A stretch of 64,000 nucleotides of DNA, taken from NCBI GenBank assembly GCA_963817955.1, contig CAWFQK010000002.1:64001-128000 (forward strand). Direction: 5' to 3'. The notes beneath the pieces were generated by a model. That model saw only the letters and a program-made list of their open reading frames with translations. It did not search any database and had not been told where the DNA came from. Source of the DNA: an uncultured Gemmatimonadaceae bacterium. GTDB lineage: Bacteria > Gemmatimonadota > Gemmatimonadetes > Gemmatimonadales > Gemmatimonadaceae. Shown here piece by piece: positions 32,896 to 43,622 of this stretch (positions within the stretch are counted from its first letter, which is position 1; each line of letters begins with the position of its first letter). The translations under genes were made by a program, and so were the position numbers.

Positions 32896-33675
32896 CTACA
32901 AACGAAGCAATTGCTCCCGCAAGACCCTTCCCCTGATACGGCTCACCTGATGTTGCGAGCCGTTCTGCAGCACCGCGACGTATGTTCCGCCCGGCATCGG
33001 CGTGACCTTCTGGATCATCGCGAGATTGAGCAGCGTGCCGCGGGAGATGCGGACGAACTGCGCCGGATCGAGTCGCGCCTCGAGGTCCTTGAGTCGGTAC
33101 GTGATCGTGTGCCGATCACCCGCTCTGGTGGTGAGATGAAGCAGCTCACCGTCCGCGGCGACCGAGACGATCTGATCGACCGGCACGAGGAAGATGTCGT
33201 CCTTCTTCCGGACCGGTATCCGTCGCAGGAAGCTCGGCGGCTGCATCAACGCGTAGTCGCTCGTCGCGGCGCGAACCCGATCGACGTCACCAGGACGCAA
33301 GTCGGCGCGCTCGAGGCGTTCGATCGCACGATTGATCGTGGCGCGAAGACGCGCCGGTTCAACCGGCTTGAGCAAATAGTCGACAGCATTCAGCTCGAAT
33401 GCGCGCACGGCGTATTCGTCGTAGGCCGTGACGAACGCGACGAGCGGCATCTTCTCTCGCCGAACGAGGCGAACGACGCCGAGCCCGTCCAGTTCGGGCA
33501 TCTGGAGATCGAGCAGGGCGAGGTCGGGCATGACGGACTCGATGAGCTCCACCGCCTCCGCACCACTCCCCGCCTCACCAACGAGCTCCACGCCCTCGAA
33601 CTCGCTCAACAAGTTGCTCAAGAACGCGCGCGCGGGGCGCTCGTCGTCAGCGACGATGACTCGAATACGACTCAT
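32896..33675 (-). CDS. LytTR family response regulator
   Basis: ADDE, LDLQMP, VTAYDEYA..AF, DYLLKP, F.RISR. Confidence 0.93.
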   Translation of the reverse strand: MSRIRVIVADDERPARAFLSNLLSEFEGVELVGEAGSGAEAVELIESVMPDLALLDLQMPELDGLGVVRLVRREKMPLVAFVTAYDEYAVRAFELNAVDYLLKPVEPARLRATINRAIERLERADLRPGDVDRVRAATSDYALMQPPSFLRRIPVRKKDDIFLVPVDQIVSVAADGELLHLTTRAGDRHTITYRLKDLEARLDPAQFVRISRGTLLNLAMIQKVTPMPGGTYVAVLQNGSQHQVSRIRGRVLREQLLRL

Positions 33676-33744
33676 CCTGGTTGCCGGGGTGGGTGGCATG
33701 CCCCGGAGGATAGGCACTTCTACGGCGAGCGCCTCCGGCCACTA

Positions 33745-33796
33745 ACGAATGGTCGCTTCGGACGGTCGACAGTGCCAGTAGGGCCAATGAATGGTC
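33745..33796 (-). promoter_or_regulatory. Candidate LytTR boxes upstream of the lytTR gene
   Basis: GACCATTCAT (33796-33787) and GACCATTCGT (33754-33745), 42 bp apart. Confidence 0.5.
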
Positions 33797-33808
33797 AGAC
33801 CTGATTCT

Positions 33809-35743
33809 TCAAACGGATACCGCGCCCGTACGATCTGTCCACGGCAGGCACACTTCCACCGTGGTGCCGCCGCCCGCCGTCTCACGCACCGTGAACGCCG
33901 CGGCGGCGCCGTAGTAATGCCGGAGGCGATCGCTCACGCTCCTCAATCCGACTCCCGCGCCCGGATCGGATGACGCGGCGCCCATGCCGACGCCCGTGTC
34001 CTCGACGAGGATTCTCAGGTATCCCAGCTCGTCGCCCGGCACGACATCGCGTTCCGCGAATACGCGTACTGCACCACCGCGCCGAAGCGGGGCGATGCCG
34101 TGCTTCACAGCGTTTTCGACGAGCGGCTGGAGCAAGAGCGGCGGCAGTCGTGCGCAACGAAGGTCGTCGGGCACATCGATGATCACGTCGAGCCGTTCCT
34201 GAAATCGTTCGCGTTCAATCGCCAGGTACGCTTCGACGATCTCCAATTCCTCCCGCAGCGACACAAATTGACCGTTCGTTCGCCGGAGCACCGCACGGAG
34301 AAGTCCAGTCAATCGATAGAGCGTGGCGACGGCCCGCTCTGGATCGGCACGCATCAGGTGCCCGAGCGTATTGAGCGCATTGAAGAGAAAATGGGGATTG
34401 AGTTGTGCGCGCAGCGCGCTCAGTTCGGCTTCGGTCGCCTGCCGGCGCATCTCGTCGTCATGCCGCACTCGCTCGCGACGCTCGGCTTCGACTCGGATTC
34501 CGTCGAGACGTCGTCCCACCGTCGCCGCGACGTGCTCGATCATTGCCAGATCGTCGGACAGGAACGTCCGTCCGCCCTGCAATTCGTCGATCTCCACCTG
34601 ATAGGCCTGTTCGGCTGCCGTGGGAATCGTGACGGTTGCACGGCATCGACGTGCATCGAGAGTGATCTCGGGATGTTGGGCGACAGCACCATCGTCCAGT
34701 GGTCGCCACGTCACCTTCGATGCACCGAATGCCGATGCCAGCATGTCGCACGCTGCCCCGAGCACCTCGTCGACAGACCCGGTGTCGGACAGACGGCCCA
34801 CCAGCGTCGCACGCAATTGGCGATAGTCCGCACGCTGAAGGACCACGCGGTCGACGAAAGTGAACACGCGTCGCTGAATCCAGGGAAACGCCAATGCGGT
34901 AGCGGTCCACACCCCAAGCAGGACACCTGTGGTGACGAGGTACGAGTCGCGATCCGCGATGCGGGACGCGATCGCATGCGGGTCGACGAGTGGCGCCACG
35001 ACGGTAGCATACAACAGTGCGACGATGGCAACGAGTGCGACGATCGCAAGGGCGCGCTTCAGGAAGAGATCGGCGAACGCAAATCGATAGTCCTGGTAGA
35101 GAATCGCGAGCACGAGCGGAAGCGACGCGTGGTGGCCGACCAACTCCATTGGCCACGGGTCCGTGTCGACGAGTCCAGGATGGCGACTCAAGTGGAGCGC
35201 GGACACCGCAAATGCGGCAAGGGCTATGGCCGTGATGGTGCGTGGAAAGCCCGGCTTGCCTCGTTCGATCACGGCAAGAGCCGCGAGGACCAGCGCGTAC
35301 GTGAGCGTAAGGAGAAGCAGGCCGACGGACGAGAGCAGTTCGCCATGCGCGGCGGCAACAGCATTGAGCACTCCGGCGGTCGCGCTTCCCGCGTAGGCAA
35401 CGGACACGAGCCATGCATGTTCGCGTGTCGCGGCGCGATTGCGAGTGGAGTGCACGACGACGGCGGGAAGAAAACCGAGCGCCGTATAAGCGATGGCACC
35501 GACCCACGGCAACGGCTCGCCCCAGCCGAAATCGCGAACCGCATAGACGAACATGGCGCCCGCGTTCCAGACCGTACCGAGCAGCGCGGTGAAAAGCGGA
35601 AGGCGATCGGCGCGACTCTGTTTACCGCTCCCGAGCACATAGCTCAGACGCCGGCGCGTCATCACCGCCAGCATCACGTACAGAATGATGCCGGTGGCGA
35701 AGCCGGCGAGGTGAATCAAGGCGGTGAGATCGCGCGCGCTCAT
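33809..35743 (-). CDS. LytS-family membrane sensor histidine kinase
   Basis: Multi-TM N-terminus, LRAQLNPHFLFNALN, LQPLVENAVKHG, DTGVG. Confidence 0.92.
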   Translation of the reverse strand: MSARDLTALIHLAGFATGIILYVMLAVMTRRRLSYVLGSGKQSRADRLPLFTALLGTVWNAGAMFVYAVRDFGWGEPLPWVGAIAYTALGFLPAVVVHSTRNRAATREHAWLVSVAYAGSATAGVLNAVAAAHGELLSSVGLLLLTLTYALVLAALAVIERGKPGFPRTITAIALAAFAVSALHLSRHPGLVDTDPWPMELVGHHASLPLVLAILYQDYRFAFADLFLKRALAIVALVAIVALLYATVVAPLVDPHAIASRIADRDSYLVTTGVLLGVWTATALAFPWIQRRVFTFVDRVVLQRADYRQLRATLVGRLSDTGSVDEVLGAACDMLASAFGASKVTWRPLDDGAVAQHPEITLDARRCRATVTIPTAAEQAYQVEIDELQGGRTFLSDDLAMIEHVAATVGRRLDGIRVEAERRERVRHDDEMRRQATEAELSALRAQLNPHFLFNALNTLGHLMRADPERAVATLYRLTGLLRAVLRRTNGQFVSLREELEIVEAYLAIERERFQERLDVIIDVPDDLRCARLPPLLLQPLVENAVKHGIAPLRRGGAVRVFAERDVVPGDELGYLRILVEDTGVGMGAASSDPGAGVGLRSVSDRLRHYYGAAAAFTVRETAGGGTTVEVCLPWTDRTGAVSV

Positions 35744-35750
35744 CGGCGGC

Positions 35751-37310
35751 TCAGCAGTCGGGGGGCGCGACGGTCTTCCCTGTCAATCGCGCCAGGTTCG
35801 TCTTGGCCGCTTCGTTGCCGGCCGCCGCCCCCTTTCGATACCACGACACCGCCTGGTCAATGTCCTTCGTAACGCCCTGCCCAGCTTCATACATCACACC
35901 AAGGTTGTACATCCCTTTCGCATCTCCTGCATCGGCAGCCTTCCTGTACCATGCTACGGCCTGTACGTCGTCCTTGGTGACTCCCTCGCCGTTCTCGTAA
36001 AGCGATCCGATGTTGAGCATCGAGACGGTGTTCCCGATTTCGGCCGCTTTGCGGTACCACTGCACTGCCTGTGCATAGTCCCTGGTGACACCCTCTCCAT
36101 TTTGGTACACCCAACCCAGATGATTCATCGCCGGTCCGTTACCAGCGTCCGAGAGTTCCTGGTAATACAACATTGACAATGAATAATTCTTGGCGGCGTT
36201 CGTGCCGCGCTCTGCTGTCTTGAGCGCGTCCTTCGGGTTTCCGCCTGACGCGAGCCGTATGAGGCCAATCGCGCAAATGGCGTCGCCGTCATTTGGCTGG
36301 AGTCGCAGCGCTGTGTTGAATTCCACCTCAGCTTCCGCGGGTTTGCCTTCCGCGCGCAGGATCCTACCCAACCCGTCGTGCGACGCGTAGTCATTCGCAT
36401 CCAGTTGCAGTGCAGCCGCGTACTCCGCCTTCGCTCCCTCCAGGTTCAGGTCGCGCCGTATAGCCCATTCCCCAAGGCCACGGTACGCCGCCGCAATCTG
36501 TCCGGCCAGCTTCGGGTCGAGGCGGGCAGCCTCCGCATATTCCTCGGTCGCCTCGTCCGTCTTTTTCGCCCGCTCGGCCGCTTGCTTGTAGGAGTCCGCA
36601 ATCTCTGCCTGCAATGTCCCATCGAGGCGAAGGGCCTCGGCGTACTCCACCTTGGCCGCTGCCGTTTTGTGCTGGGCCAGCAGCAGATCGCCGTAGTGCT
36701 CGCGTGCGCCACCGTACGCGGCGTTCAGACGAATCGCCTCGAGCAGTTCCTTTTCCCCTGCAACCGCGTCGTCGCGACCGAGCACCACGCCGAGCACGTC
36801 GTGCGAGAGCCAGAGAGCCGGATCGGCAGCGATAGCCTTCCGCGCCCAGACCGTTGCATTCGGGTAGTCCGACTGGTCGTAGTACACCTCCGCCAGCATC
36901 GCCATTCTCTGAGCAGTCGGCTGCATCTGATTGGCGACGGAAAATTCCCGGACGGCATCGGCCCATCCCTGCCGCTGCATCGAAGCGATGCCAGCGTCGG
37001 TGTGTTCCTGCGCAGTCAGGTTGAACGCTTTGCCTGCCAGACCGCGATCGAATGACGCGAAGAACAGGTTGAAATCGAACGACTCGTCGACCGTCGCAGG
37101 GACGTCCGCGTAGATACCATCGGCCCTGTTTCCGGCCCCCTGCGGACCCGACATCCATCCATAGAAGTGCACAGTGCCTTCGACCATCGCCTTGACCTGC
37201 TCGACGGTATGGCCTTCGACGATGTGCTTGTCCTCATGGGTGACGTCGGGTCCGGACAGCGGCGCAACGGCGACCAGCGAAACGAGAGAGAGGGCGACGA
37301 GGGTACGCAT
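35751..37310 (-). CDS. Secreted TPR + Sel1-repeat protein
   Basis: Signal peptide, TPR repeats, three Sel1 repeats (G.GV.KD..QAV.WYRKAA). Confidence 0.85.
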   Translation of the reverse strand: MRTLVALSLVSLVAVAPLSGPDVTHEDKHIVEGHTVEQVKAMVEGTVHFYGWMSGPQGAGNRADGIYADVPATVDESFDFNLFFASFDRGLAGKAFNLTAQEHTDAGIASMQRQGWADAVREFSVANQMQPTAQRMAMLAEVYYDQSDYPNATVWARKAIAADPALWLSHDVLGVVLGRDDAVAGEKELLEAIRLNAAYGGAREHYGDLLLAQHKTAAAKVEYAEALRLDGTLQAEIADSYKQAAERAKKTDEATEEYAEAARLDPKLAGQIAAAYRGLGEWAIRRDLNLEGAKAEYAAALQLDANDYASHDGLGRILRAEGKPAEAEVEFNTALRLQPNDGDAICAIGLIRLASGGNPKDALKTAERGTNAAKNYSLSMLYYQELSDAGNGPAMNHLGWVYQNGEGVTRDYAQAVQWYRKAAEIGNTVSMLNIGSLYENGEGVTKDDVQAVAWYRKAADAGDAKGMYNLGVMYEAGQGVTKDIDQAVSWYRKGAAAGNEAAKTNLARLTGKTVAPPDC

Positions 37311-37447
37311 GTCGGCCGGCCTCATTGGATGCGGCACGGCCGTGGGGGCCGGCCTTTGTTTCGTTCACGTAGCAGGGAGAGACTCGGAAGATACTACGCC
37401 GAAACAAAGTCGCCGGAACCCCACTTCAGTCGCGTGGCGAAAGGCTC

Positions 37448-37966
37448 TCAGCGAGTCTTCGCGCGACTGATCGAGTACACGTACGCGGCGACAGACTTGA
37501 CCTGGTCTGCCGTCAAACTTGCGCCACCCTTGGGCAGCATAGGGGCGGTGTAAGGCGGCGTCGGCGTCGGCATTCCAGTCGTGACACGCTGCTGTATGAA
37601 ATCGTAGGAGCCGTCGCCGGTCAGCCACTTGCCACTCACGAGCGACGGCGCGAGCGGTCCGCCGTTCGCGTCCGGACCATGACACGTCTGACACAGCCCG
37701 CCGGCCGCGAGTCCGTGAAATATGCTATCGCCTTCCGCAAGCGCCGCCGCAGCTACGCCCGTAGGCGCGGCACCGGGCGTAGGACTCGGGAGTCCGGCGG
37801 CCGCCGCGCCTACGACCGGAGCGGACGCGACCGGTGGCTCCGCTGCTGTGCTGCCACCGGAGGGTGCCTTCTCACCGCCACCTTTACAGCCGCCAACGAC
37901 GAGACAAATGACGACCGCGGCTGTTACAGATGGGCAACGCATGTGTCCGCTCACTGAGTTGAGCAT
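37448..37966 (-). CDS. Monoheme cytochrome c lipoprotein (start uncertain)
   Basis: LVVGGC lipobox, Pro/Ala linker, CQTCH, distal Met in PMLPKGG. Confidence 0.85.
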   Translation of the reverse strand: MLNSVSGHMRCPSVTAAVVICLVVGGCKGGGEKAPSGGSTAAEPPVASAPVVGAAAAGLPSPTPGAAPTGVAAAALAEGDSIFHGLAAGGLCQTCHGPDANGGPLAPSLVSGKWLTGDGSYDFIQQRVTTGMPTPTPPYTAPMLPKGGASLTADQVKSVAAYVYSISRAKTR

Positions 37967-38172
37967 GGGGGTCTCGCATGAAGTAGGTGGGTATCGCATG
38001 AAGTCGCTTGCCGCGCACGCAGATTATGTACCACACCAGGATCCGACTGGATGGCTCTCCGATCAGCGGAGTTGGCGCGGCGAACATCGCGACTTCGACA
38101 GGGGTAGCATTGGCTGCTATACTTCGCGCATGGCCAAACTTGCGGCTGCACCTAGTCCACGAGTCTTCATCA

Positions 38173-38631
38173 ATGGCGAAAGCGACAAACGTTAGCAGGA
38201 ACACCAGGAGGACTGGTGCGAAGGTTGCCGGGGCCGCGGGTGGCAAGGTCCGCGGCCTCAAAGCGCGTAAGGCCAACGGCGACGTAGCGAAGCCTCGTGG
38301 GGTCGCGGAGAAGACGGCACGCAGATACAAGGGCGACCTTTTCGAGGCGATCCACTCCAGTGCATCGGACCTCCACTCGATCGGAGCGATCGGCAAGCAG
38401 ACGATGCGCGAGTACGATGAGCTCTGCATCGAACCCCCGAAGGAGATCTCCGCCCGCAACATCAAGGCGCTTCGCGAGAGTCTCAACATGAGCCAGCCGA
38501 TCTTCGCGCGTCGGATCTACGTCAGCCCGAGCACGGTGGCGAAGTGGGAATCAGGAGCCAACAAGCCCAGCGGGATCGCCCTCAAGTACCTCAACGTCCT
38601 CAAGCGGCTGGGGGCCGAGGCGCTCGACTGA
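38173..38631 (+). CDS. XRE-family HTH regulator (HigA-2/YiaG-like antitoxin)
   Basis: TMREYDELC, IKALRE..NMSQ..FA, TV.KWESG..KPSG.ALK. Confidence 0.85.
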   Translation: MAKATNVSRNTRRTGAKVAGAAGGKVRGLKARKANGDVAKPRGVAEKTARRYKGDLFEAIHSSASDLHSIGAIGKQTMREYDELCIEPPKEISARNIKALRESLNMSQPIFARRIYVSPSTVAKWESGANKPSGIALKYLNVLKRLGAEALD

Positions 38632-38699
38632 ACCTCCGGCTTTTCCACAGCCCCAGGAACCATCAATTCGCCCACTCATTTCCACGAAGACTCTTCAGG

Positions 38700-38745
38700 A
38701 AGAGCGCACGACCGGACTCGAACCCGTGACGTCCAGCTTGGAAGC
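38700..38745 (-). repeat. Degenerate copy of the 3' half of tRNA-Gly (att-like site)
   Basis: Matches 63027-63073 with 4 substitutions and one 1-bp gap. Confidence 0.85.
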
Positions 38746-38759
38746 ATGGATGTCGCTCG

Positions 38760-40434
38760 TCACTCCGCCCGGAGCGCCTCCAGGGGATCAATGCGCGACG
38801 CGCGCCGGGCAGGCACGGCACTGGCCACGCCCGCGACGACACCGATCAGTGCGAGCAGCATCCCCTCGCGCAGAACCAGTCCGAGCACACCAAGCGGCGC
38901 GGCGCCGAGTGCCAGCCTGAGCCCCAACTCCCGCGTGCGCAGCGAGACGACGTAGGCGATCACACCGTACAGTCCGATCGCGCCGAGGACCAACGTGATC
39001 GCGGCAGCCGCCGCGAGCGTCAGGAGCACGAAGCGCGTGCGCGCGGTCGCACGGCTCAGCGCCTCGGTGAGCGGTTCGAGACCGTACACCGGCACGCTCG
39101 CATCCATCGCTCGAATCTCACGTCGCACCGACGCGGACAGCGCAGCCGGATCGCCGCGCGTGCGCAGCACGAAGCTCGCCACGGGCGGTGTGAACGGTGC
39201 AAGTGAGTCCGGCACCGACGGGTCGGCGATGCTGAGCGGCAGATACGTCTGACCGATTGCGGGTGCCTCGACCGACGTATCGCGCACGCTCTCGACGACG
39301 CCGATGATGGACGACCAGCGGTTGGCGAGCACCCGCACCCGCTGCCCGATCGCCGCGCGGCCGGTGGGATCGTTCCAGTACTTCTCCGCAAACGCGCGGC
39401 TCACGATCACGTTGTTCGCGTCGGTCGGATCAGAGGCGCCCGTGAAGAGCCGGCCGGCGAGCAGCGTGATGTGCATCGCGCGGAAATAGCCTGCGCTCGC
39501 CATGGTGAACGGGTACAACGGAGACGAGCACCGTGAACGCGGCCGTCACCGCATCGATGTGCACCGACGCGAGCCGCGGGAAATTCGATGGCCCGTAGCG
39601 CACCAGCATCGCTGTCACGGCGATCGCGAACGCGATGCCGAGCACCGCGGCGGCCTTGGACTGAGCGAGCAACTGGGTGGTCGGGAGCGTCGGAAAGAGA
39701 TCCGGGAACGACTCCGGCAGTCTCAGCAGCAGCTTGTTGAGCTCCGCTTGTGCGGCTTCGGCCGTCGCGCCAGGCGCGAGTTGGGCGATGCCGCCGAGGT
39801 TGAAGCTGCCGGCGTGCGGCGTCAGCGAGTCGAGCTGCAGCGGCCGCCAGAGCTGCGTCGTGGAGACGGGCGAGTGGAATCCGGGCGGCATCACGCCGAT
39901 GATGCGATAGGTCTCGCCGTTGATCCGCGCGTCCCGGTCGAGAATGTTCTTATCCGCGCCGTATCGGCGGCGCCACAGATCGTCGCTGATCAACGCAACG
40001 TGCGTGTTCGGCCGCTCATCTGCCGAGACGAAGCCGCGCCCGCGCGCCGGCGACACGCCGAGCGTGGTCATCATGTTCGCCGAGACGTCCGCGGCGCTGA
40101 CACGCTCCGCTTCGGTGCTTCCGTTCACGTCGGCGAGATTGAGCGACAGCGGCACGTACGCCGCGATCAAGGCGAGCTTGTGGCTGGTGTGTCGGTAATG
40201 ATAGAAGGTGCCGAGCGACAGGCCGGCATCGGGAATGCCGATGCCAATCAGCGATTGCCGGAGCACGACGAGGCGATCGGCATTTCCGTATGGCAGCGGC
40301 CGAAGCAGCACGGCGTTCACGACGCTGAAGGCCGCGGCGGTTGCACCGATGCCTAAGCCGAGCGTGAGGACCGCGGCTGCCGTGAAGAGGGGCGTGCGAG
40401 CGAGTGAGCGGATGACTGGTCGAAACGCGGTCAT
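38760..40434 (-). pseudogene. MacB/FtsX-type (ADOP-like) permease with internal deletions and a frameshift
   Basis: Typical N-terminus (LTLGLGIGAT...AVLLRPLPY) and C-terminus ([11 protein letters not shown]) in two frames, only ~560 codons. Confidence 0.8.
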
Positions 40435-40869
40435 CACGAGATGCTCTTGCAGGATTAGGATGCGACCTGAATTCGTTTGGGGCAATCGGCTCAGAAAGTC
40501 AATGTAGTGAATGCCGGGGATTCCGGGTACGCACTCACTGATCGTCTTGTGTCACTATCGCGGGTTCACAGATTGTCCTGCGCATTGTTCGAGTACAGCG
40601 GGAGCAAGTCGATGCGGCCGATGTTGGTGCGATGGTACTATGGTAGTAAATGCCACCCAGGTTGCCGCGATTTCTCTGGGTGCGCCAGCCGTCGGCGCAT
40701 AGGACGTGCCCCTGAGAAGTCCTTGGCGCTCGCTGGCGATTAGAGACCATCCCCGTCACAAGGAGTACGTCTTCTTTCAGCCGTTCGTGTCATGGGAACT
40801 GGCAATGACGTTCACTAACCTCAGTGAACTCAACATCCCGTTCACACGCACACAGGTTTGGAGAAGAGT

Positions 40870-42354
40870 ATGTATCGATTCACAAAACGTGCACTGCTGA
40901 TCACAGGCCTCGGCCTGGCTGCGGTGACGACGCAATCGTGCGATGTGCACGGCATCAGCGACGCCGGAACGTTGTCGGCGATCGTCGTTTCGCCAAATCC
41001 GCAAAGCCTACAAGTCAACGCCACACAGCAATTCACCGCGGTAGGCACTGACTTCGCCGACGCCAAGGTCGCCATCTCGCCCGTGTGGTCGGTCGTGAGC
41101 GGCGGCGGCACGATCAGCGCGGCCGGGTTGTTCACCGCCGGCACCGTTCCAGGGACCTACGCGAGCACCGTCATGGCGACGAGCGGCAGCAAGACTGCGA
41201 CGGCGACCATCGTCGTCACGGTCGGGCCGCTCGCCACGATCGTCGTAACGCCGAATCCGGATTCGGTCTTACAAGGCGGCACGCAGCAGTTCGTCGCAGT
41301 CGGCAAGGACGCCGCCGGGAATGCCGTTCAGTTCACGCCGACCTGGTCGGTCGTGGCGAACGGCGGCTCGATCAGCGGCACCGGATTGTTCACTGCCGGC
41401 GCCAGCGCGGGCACGTTCACGAACACGATTCAGGCGAGCAACAGCTCGATCAAGGGCAACGCCACGGTCGTCGTGACGGTAGCGCCGGTAGTCGCAACAA
41501 TCACCGTGACACCAAACCCCGCAGTCATGCTGACCAGCGGGACCCAGCAGTTCGCTGCCGTGGCACGTGACGGCAGCGGCAATGTTCTTCCGCTGTCGCC
41601 GACGTGGGCAGTCGTCGCAGGCGGCGGGTCGATCAACGCGAGTTCCGGCGTGTTCACTGCCGGCAACGCGACAGGCACGTTCACCAATACAATTCGCGCC
41701 ACCGGCGGCGGCCAGACTGGCTTTGCCACTGTCACCATCAACTCGATCCCGGCCTCGCCGTTCATCGATCTGGGAAGCGCCGCAGTCAATGGCATCATGG
41801 CGGGCACCGCGGTTTCCTGCACTGGCTCGGCGTCGACGATCAACGCCAACGTCAGCATCAGCCCGGGGAGCACGATCACCGGACCCTGCACGATCACCGG
41901 CGTGACCCACCTGAACGATGCAACCGCGATCGCCGATCAGGTGGCGCTCACGGCGGCGTACAACATCGCGGCCGGCAAGGCGTGCGGCACGGCGATCACC
42001 ACCGACCTCGGTGGAACGACCATGGGCGCCGGCGTCTACTGCGGCGGCGCGCTGGGCGTGACGGGCCCCCTCACCTTGGACGGCGGCGGCGATCCGAATG
42101 CCACGTTCCTCTTCCAGGCCACGAGCTCGTTGACCGTTGCGGGTAGCGTGGTGCTGATCAATGGCGCGCAGGCGAAGAACGTGTACTGGCAGGTGGGCAG
42201 CTCCGCCACGCTCGGTACGGCGTCTTCGTTCAAGGGGAACATCCTTGCGCTCACCTCGGTCACGCTGGTGACCGGAACGACCCTCGAAGGCCGAGCGCTG
42301 GCGCGGAACGGTGCGGTCTCGGCCGGAACGGGCAGCGTCATCACACTGCCATAA
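40870..42354 (+). CDS. Ice-binding-like (DUF3494) lipoprotein with three Ig-like repeats
   Basis: Signal ending QSC; 3x (VTPNP...TQQF.AV...WSVV.GGG.I); NGAQAKNVYWQVGSSATLG..S.FKGNILA. Confidence 0.88.
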   Translation: MYRFTKRALLITGLGLAAVTTQSCDVHGISDAGTLSAIVVSPNPQSLQVNATQQFTAVGTDFADAKVAISPVWSVVSGGGTISAAGLFTAGTVPGTYASTVMATSGSKTATATIVVTVGPLATIVVTPNPDSVLQGGTQQFVAVGKDAAGNAVQFTPTWSVVANGGSISGTGLFTAGASAGTFTNTIQASNSSIKGNATVVVTVAPVVATITVTPNPAVMLTSGTQQFAAVARDGSGNVLPLSPTWAVVAGGGSINASSGVFTAGNATGTFTNTIRATGGGQTGFATVTINSIPASPFIDLGSAAVNGIMAGTAVSCTGSASTINANVSISPGSTITGPCTITGVTHLNDATAIADQVALTAAYNIAAGKACGTAITTDLGGTTMGAGVYCGGALGVTGPLTLDGGGDPNATFLFQATSSLTVAGSVVLINGAQAKNVYWQVGSSATLGTASSFKGNILALTSVTLVTGTTLEGRALARNGAVSAGTGSVITLP

Positions 42355-42366
42355 CGTTCGTGCGAC

Positions 42367-42400
42367 GCCGCGGTGGAGACCGGGCGGTCTCCACCGCGGC
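42367..42400. other. Perfect 15-bp intergenic hairpin
   Basis: GCCGCGGTGGAGACC-GGGC-GGTCTCCACCGCGGC, no U-tract. Confidence 0.7.
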
Positions 42401-42439
42401 CACCGCCCCGACGCAATCACATTCGACAGAGAAATTCAC

Positions 42440-43513
42440 ATGTCATATACGATTCATAAGATTCCGGCCGTGAGCCTTGCGGCGTTGCTGTTCGCGGTGC
42501 CGGCCATGGCACAGCAGCGAGGCACGATCGAGTTTGGCGCGTTCGGCAGCGGCGCGTCGTTCGACAACAGTCTGAGCCTGAAGACCGGGTTTGGCGGCGG
42601 CGGCCGGGTCGGCGCGTTTCTCGATCCGCGCTGGTCGCTCGAGTTCGAGGACGCCGAGATGCGCGCCACGCGCCCCAACGGCCTGCTCGACGTCAACGTG
42701 GGCTTGTTGTCCAGCCGGATCGTCGCCGTACCGGTGAAGGCGGGTCGATTCTCGCTCCTGCTTGGGGTCGGCGGCGCCGTCTCCACGGAAACGAATTTCA
42801 TGCACAGCTACGGAGTCGACGGACTGGCCGGCGTCAAGCTCGCCTTGAGCAACAACGCGGCATTGCGCGTCGATGGCGTGTACGACTGGTTGGCCAACGA
42901 GAAGTGGAAGACGTATCGCAGCGTTCGCGTGGGCCTGAGTCTCTATCGTCGGCCGTCGCGCGAGACGATCACCCGCGTCGAGACGCGCACGGTGACGGCC
43001 GACGCCGCGCCGATGATGGTGCACGAGGATTCCGTGAGTGCTGGTGAGACCCGTCGCTTGCGCGACCGCGAGGCCGCCCTGCGTTCACTGCGCGACTCGC
43101 TGCGAAACAATTCACCCCACGTCGCGGCGCCGACCACGACGGCGCGGTCGATGGAAACGATGCAGGCCGCGATTCACTTCGCGTTCGACAAGGCCGTGCT
43201 TGCCGATTCGGCAAAGGTGATTCTGGACGACAAGATTCCGGTGTTCCGCGCGAACCCGGCGATGACGATCGTGATGGTCGGGTACACGGACATCAAGGGA
43301 ACTGACGCGTACAACATGGCGCTCGGCGAGCGGCGCGCCGAGGCGACGCGGGCGTACATCGTGGCGCAGGGCATCGACGCGGGCCGTGTGCTGCTCGAGT
43401 CAAAGGGCGAGCGAGCCCAACTTCCGAACTCGTCGGGTGCCGCCGGCGAGGCATCCAACCGCCGCGTGGTCTTCCGTCTGCTCATGACGCCTGACGTGAT
43501 CGTCAAGCCGTAG
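42440..43513 (+). CDS. OmpA family protein (beta-barrel + OmpA-C domain)
   Basis: Signal peptide; IHFAFDK, GYTD..G...YN..LGERRA, NRRV. Confidence 0.9.
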   Translation: MSYTIHKIPAVSLAALLFAVPAMAQQRGTIEFGAFGSGASFDNSLSLKTGFGGGGRVGAFLDPRWSLEFEDAEMRATRPNGLLDVNVGLLSSRIVAVPVKAGRFSLLLGVGGAVSTETNFMHSYGVDGLAGVKLALSNNAALRVDGVYDWLANEKWKTYRSVRVGLSLYRRPSRETITRVETRTVTADAAPMMVHEDSVSAGETRRLRDREAALRSLRDSLRNNSPHVAAPTTTARSMETMQAAIHFAFDKAVLADSAKVILDDKIPVFRANPAMTIVMVGYTDIKGTDAYNMALGERRAEATRAYIVAQGIDAGRVLLESKGERAQLPNSSGAAGEASNRRVVFRLLMTPDVIVKP

Positions 43514-43582
43514 TCGCCGTTCATCTGCGATGACGATGCGTCTCGGCATGAACTGGCATTAACCAATCGTGCTACGGGATGT

Positions 43583-43622
43583 GCGAAGGGGTGGGTGACG
43601 ACGCCGTCACCCACCCCTTCGC
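43583..43622. terminator. Perfect 18-bp hairpin after ompA, possible terminator
   Basis: GCGAAGGGGTGGGTGACG-ACGC-CGTCACCCACCCCTTCGC; no U-tract. Confidence 0.55.

Noticed and set aside
34100..35872. Long shadow ORFs (e.g. 590 aa here, 506 aa at 30478, 518 aa at 14924)
   Set aside because: They overlap well-supported genes, have no motifs, and are expected at high GC
38700..38745. Second functional tRNA gene
   Set aside because: Only the 3' half is present; D-arm and 5' acceptor strand are missing
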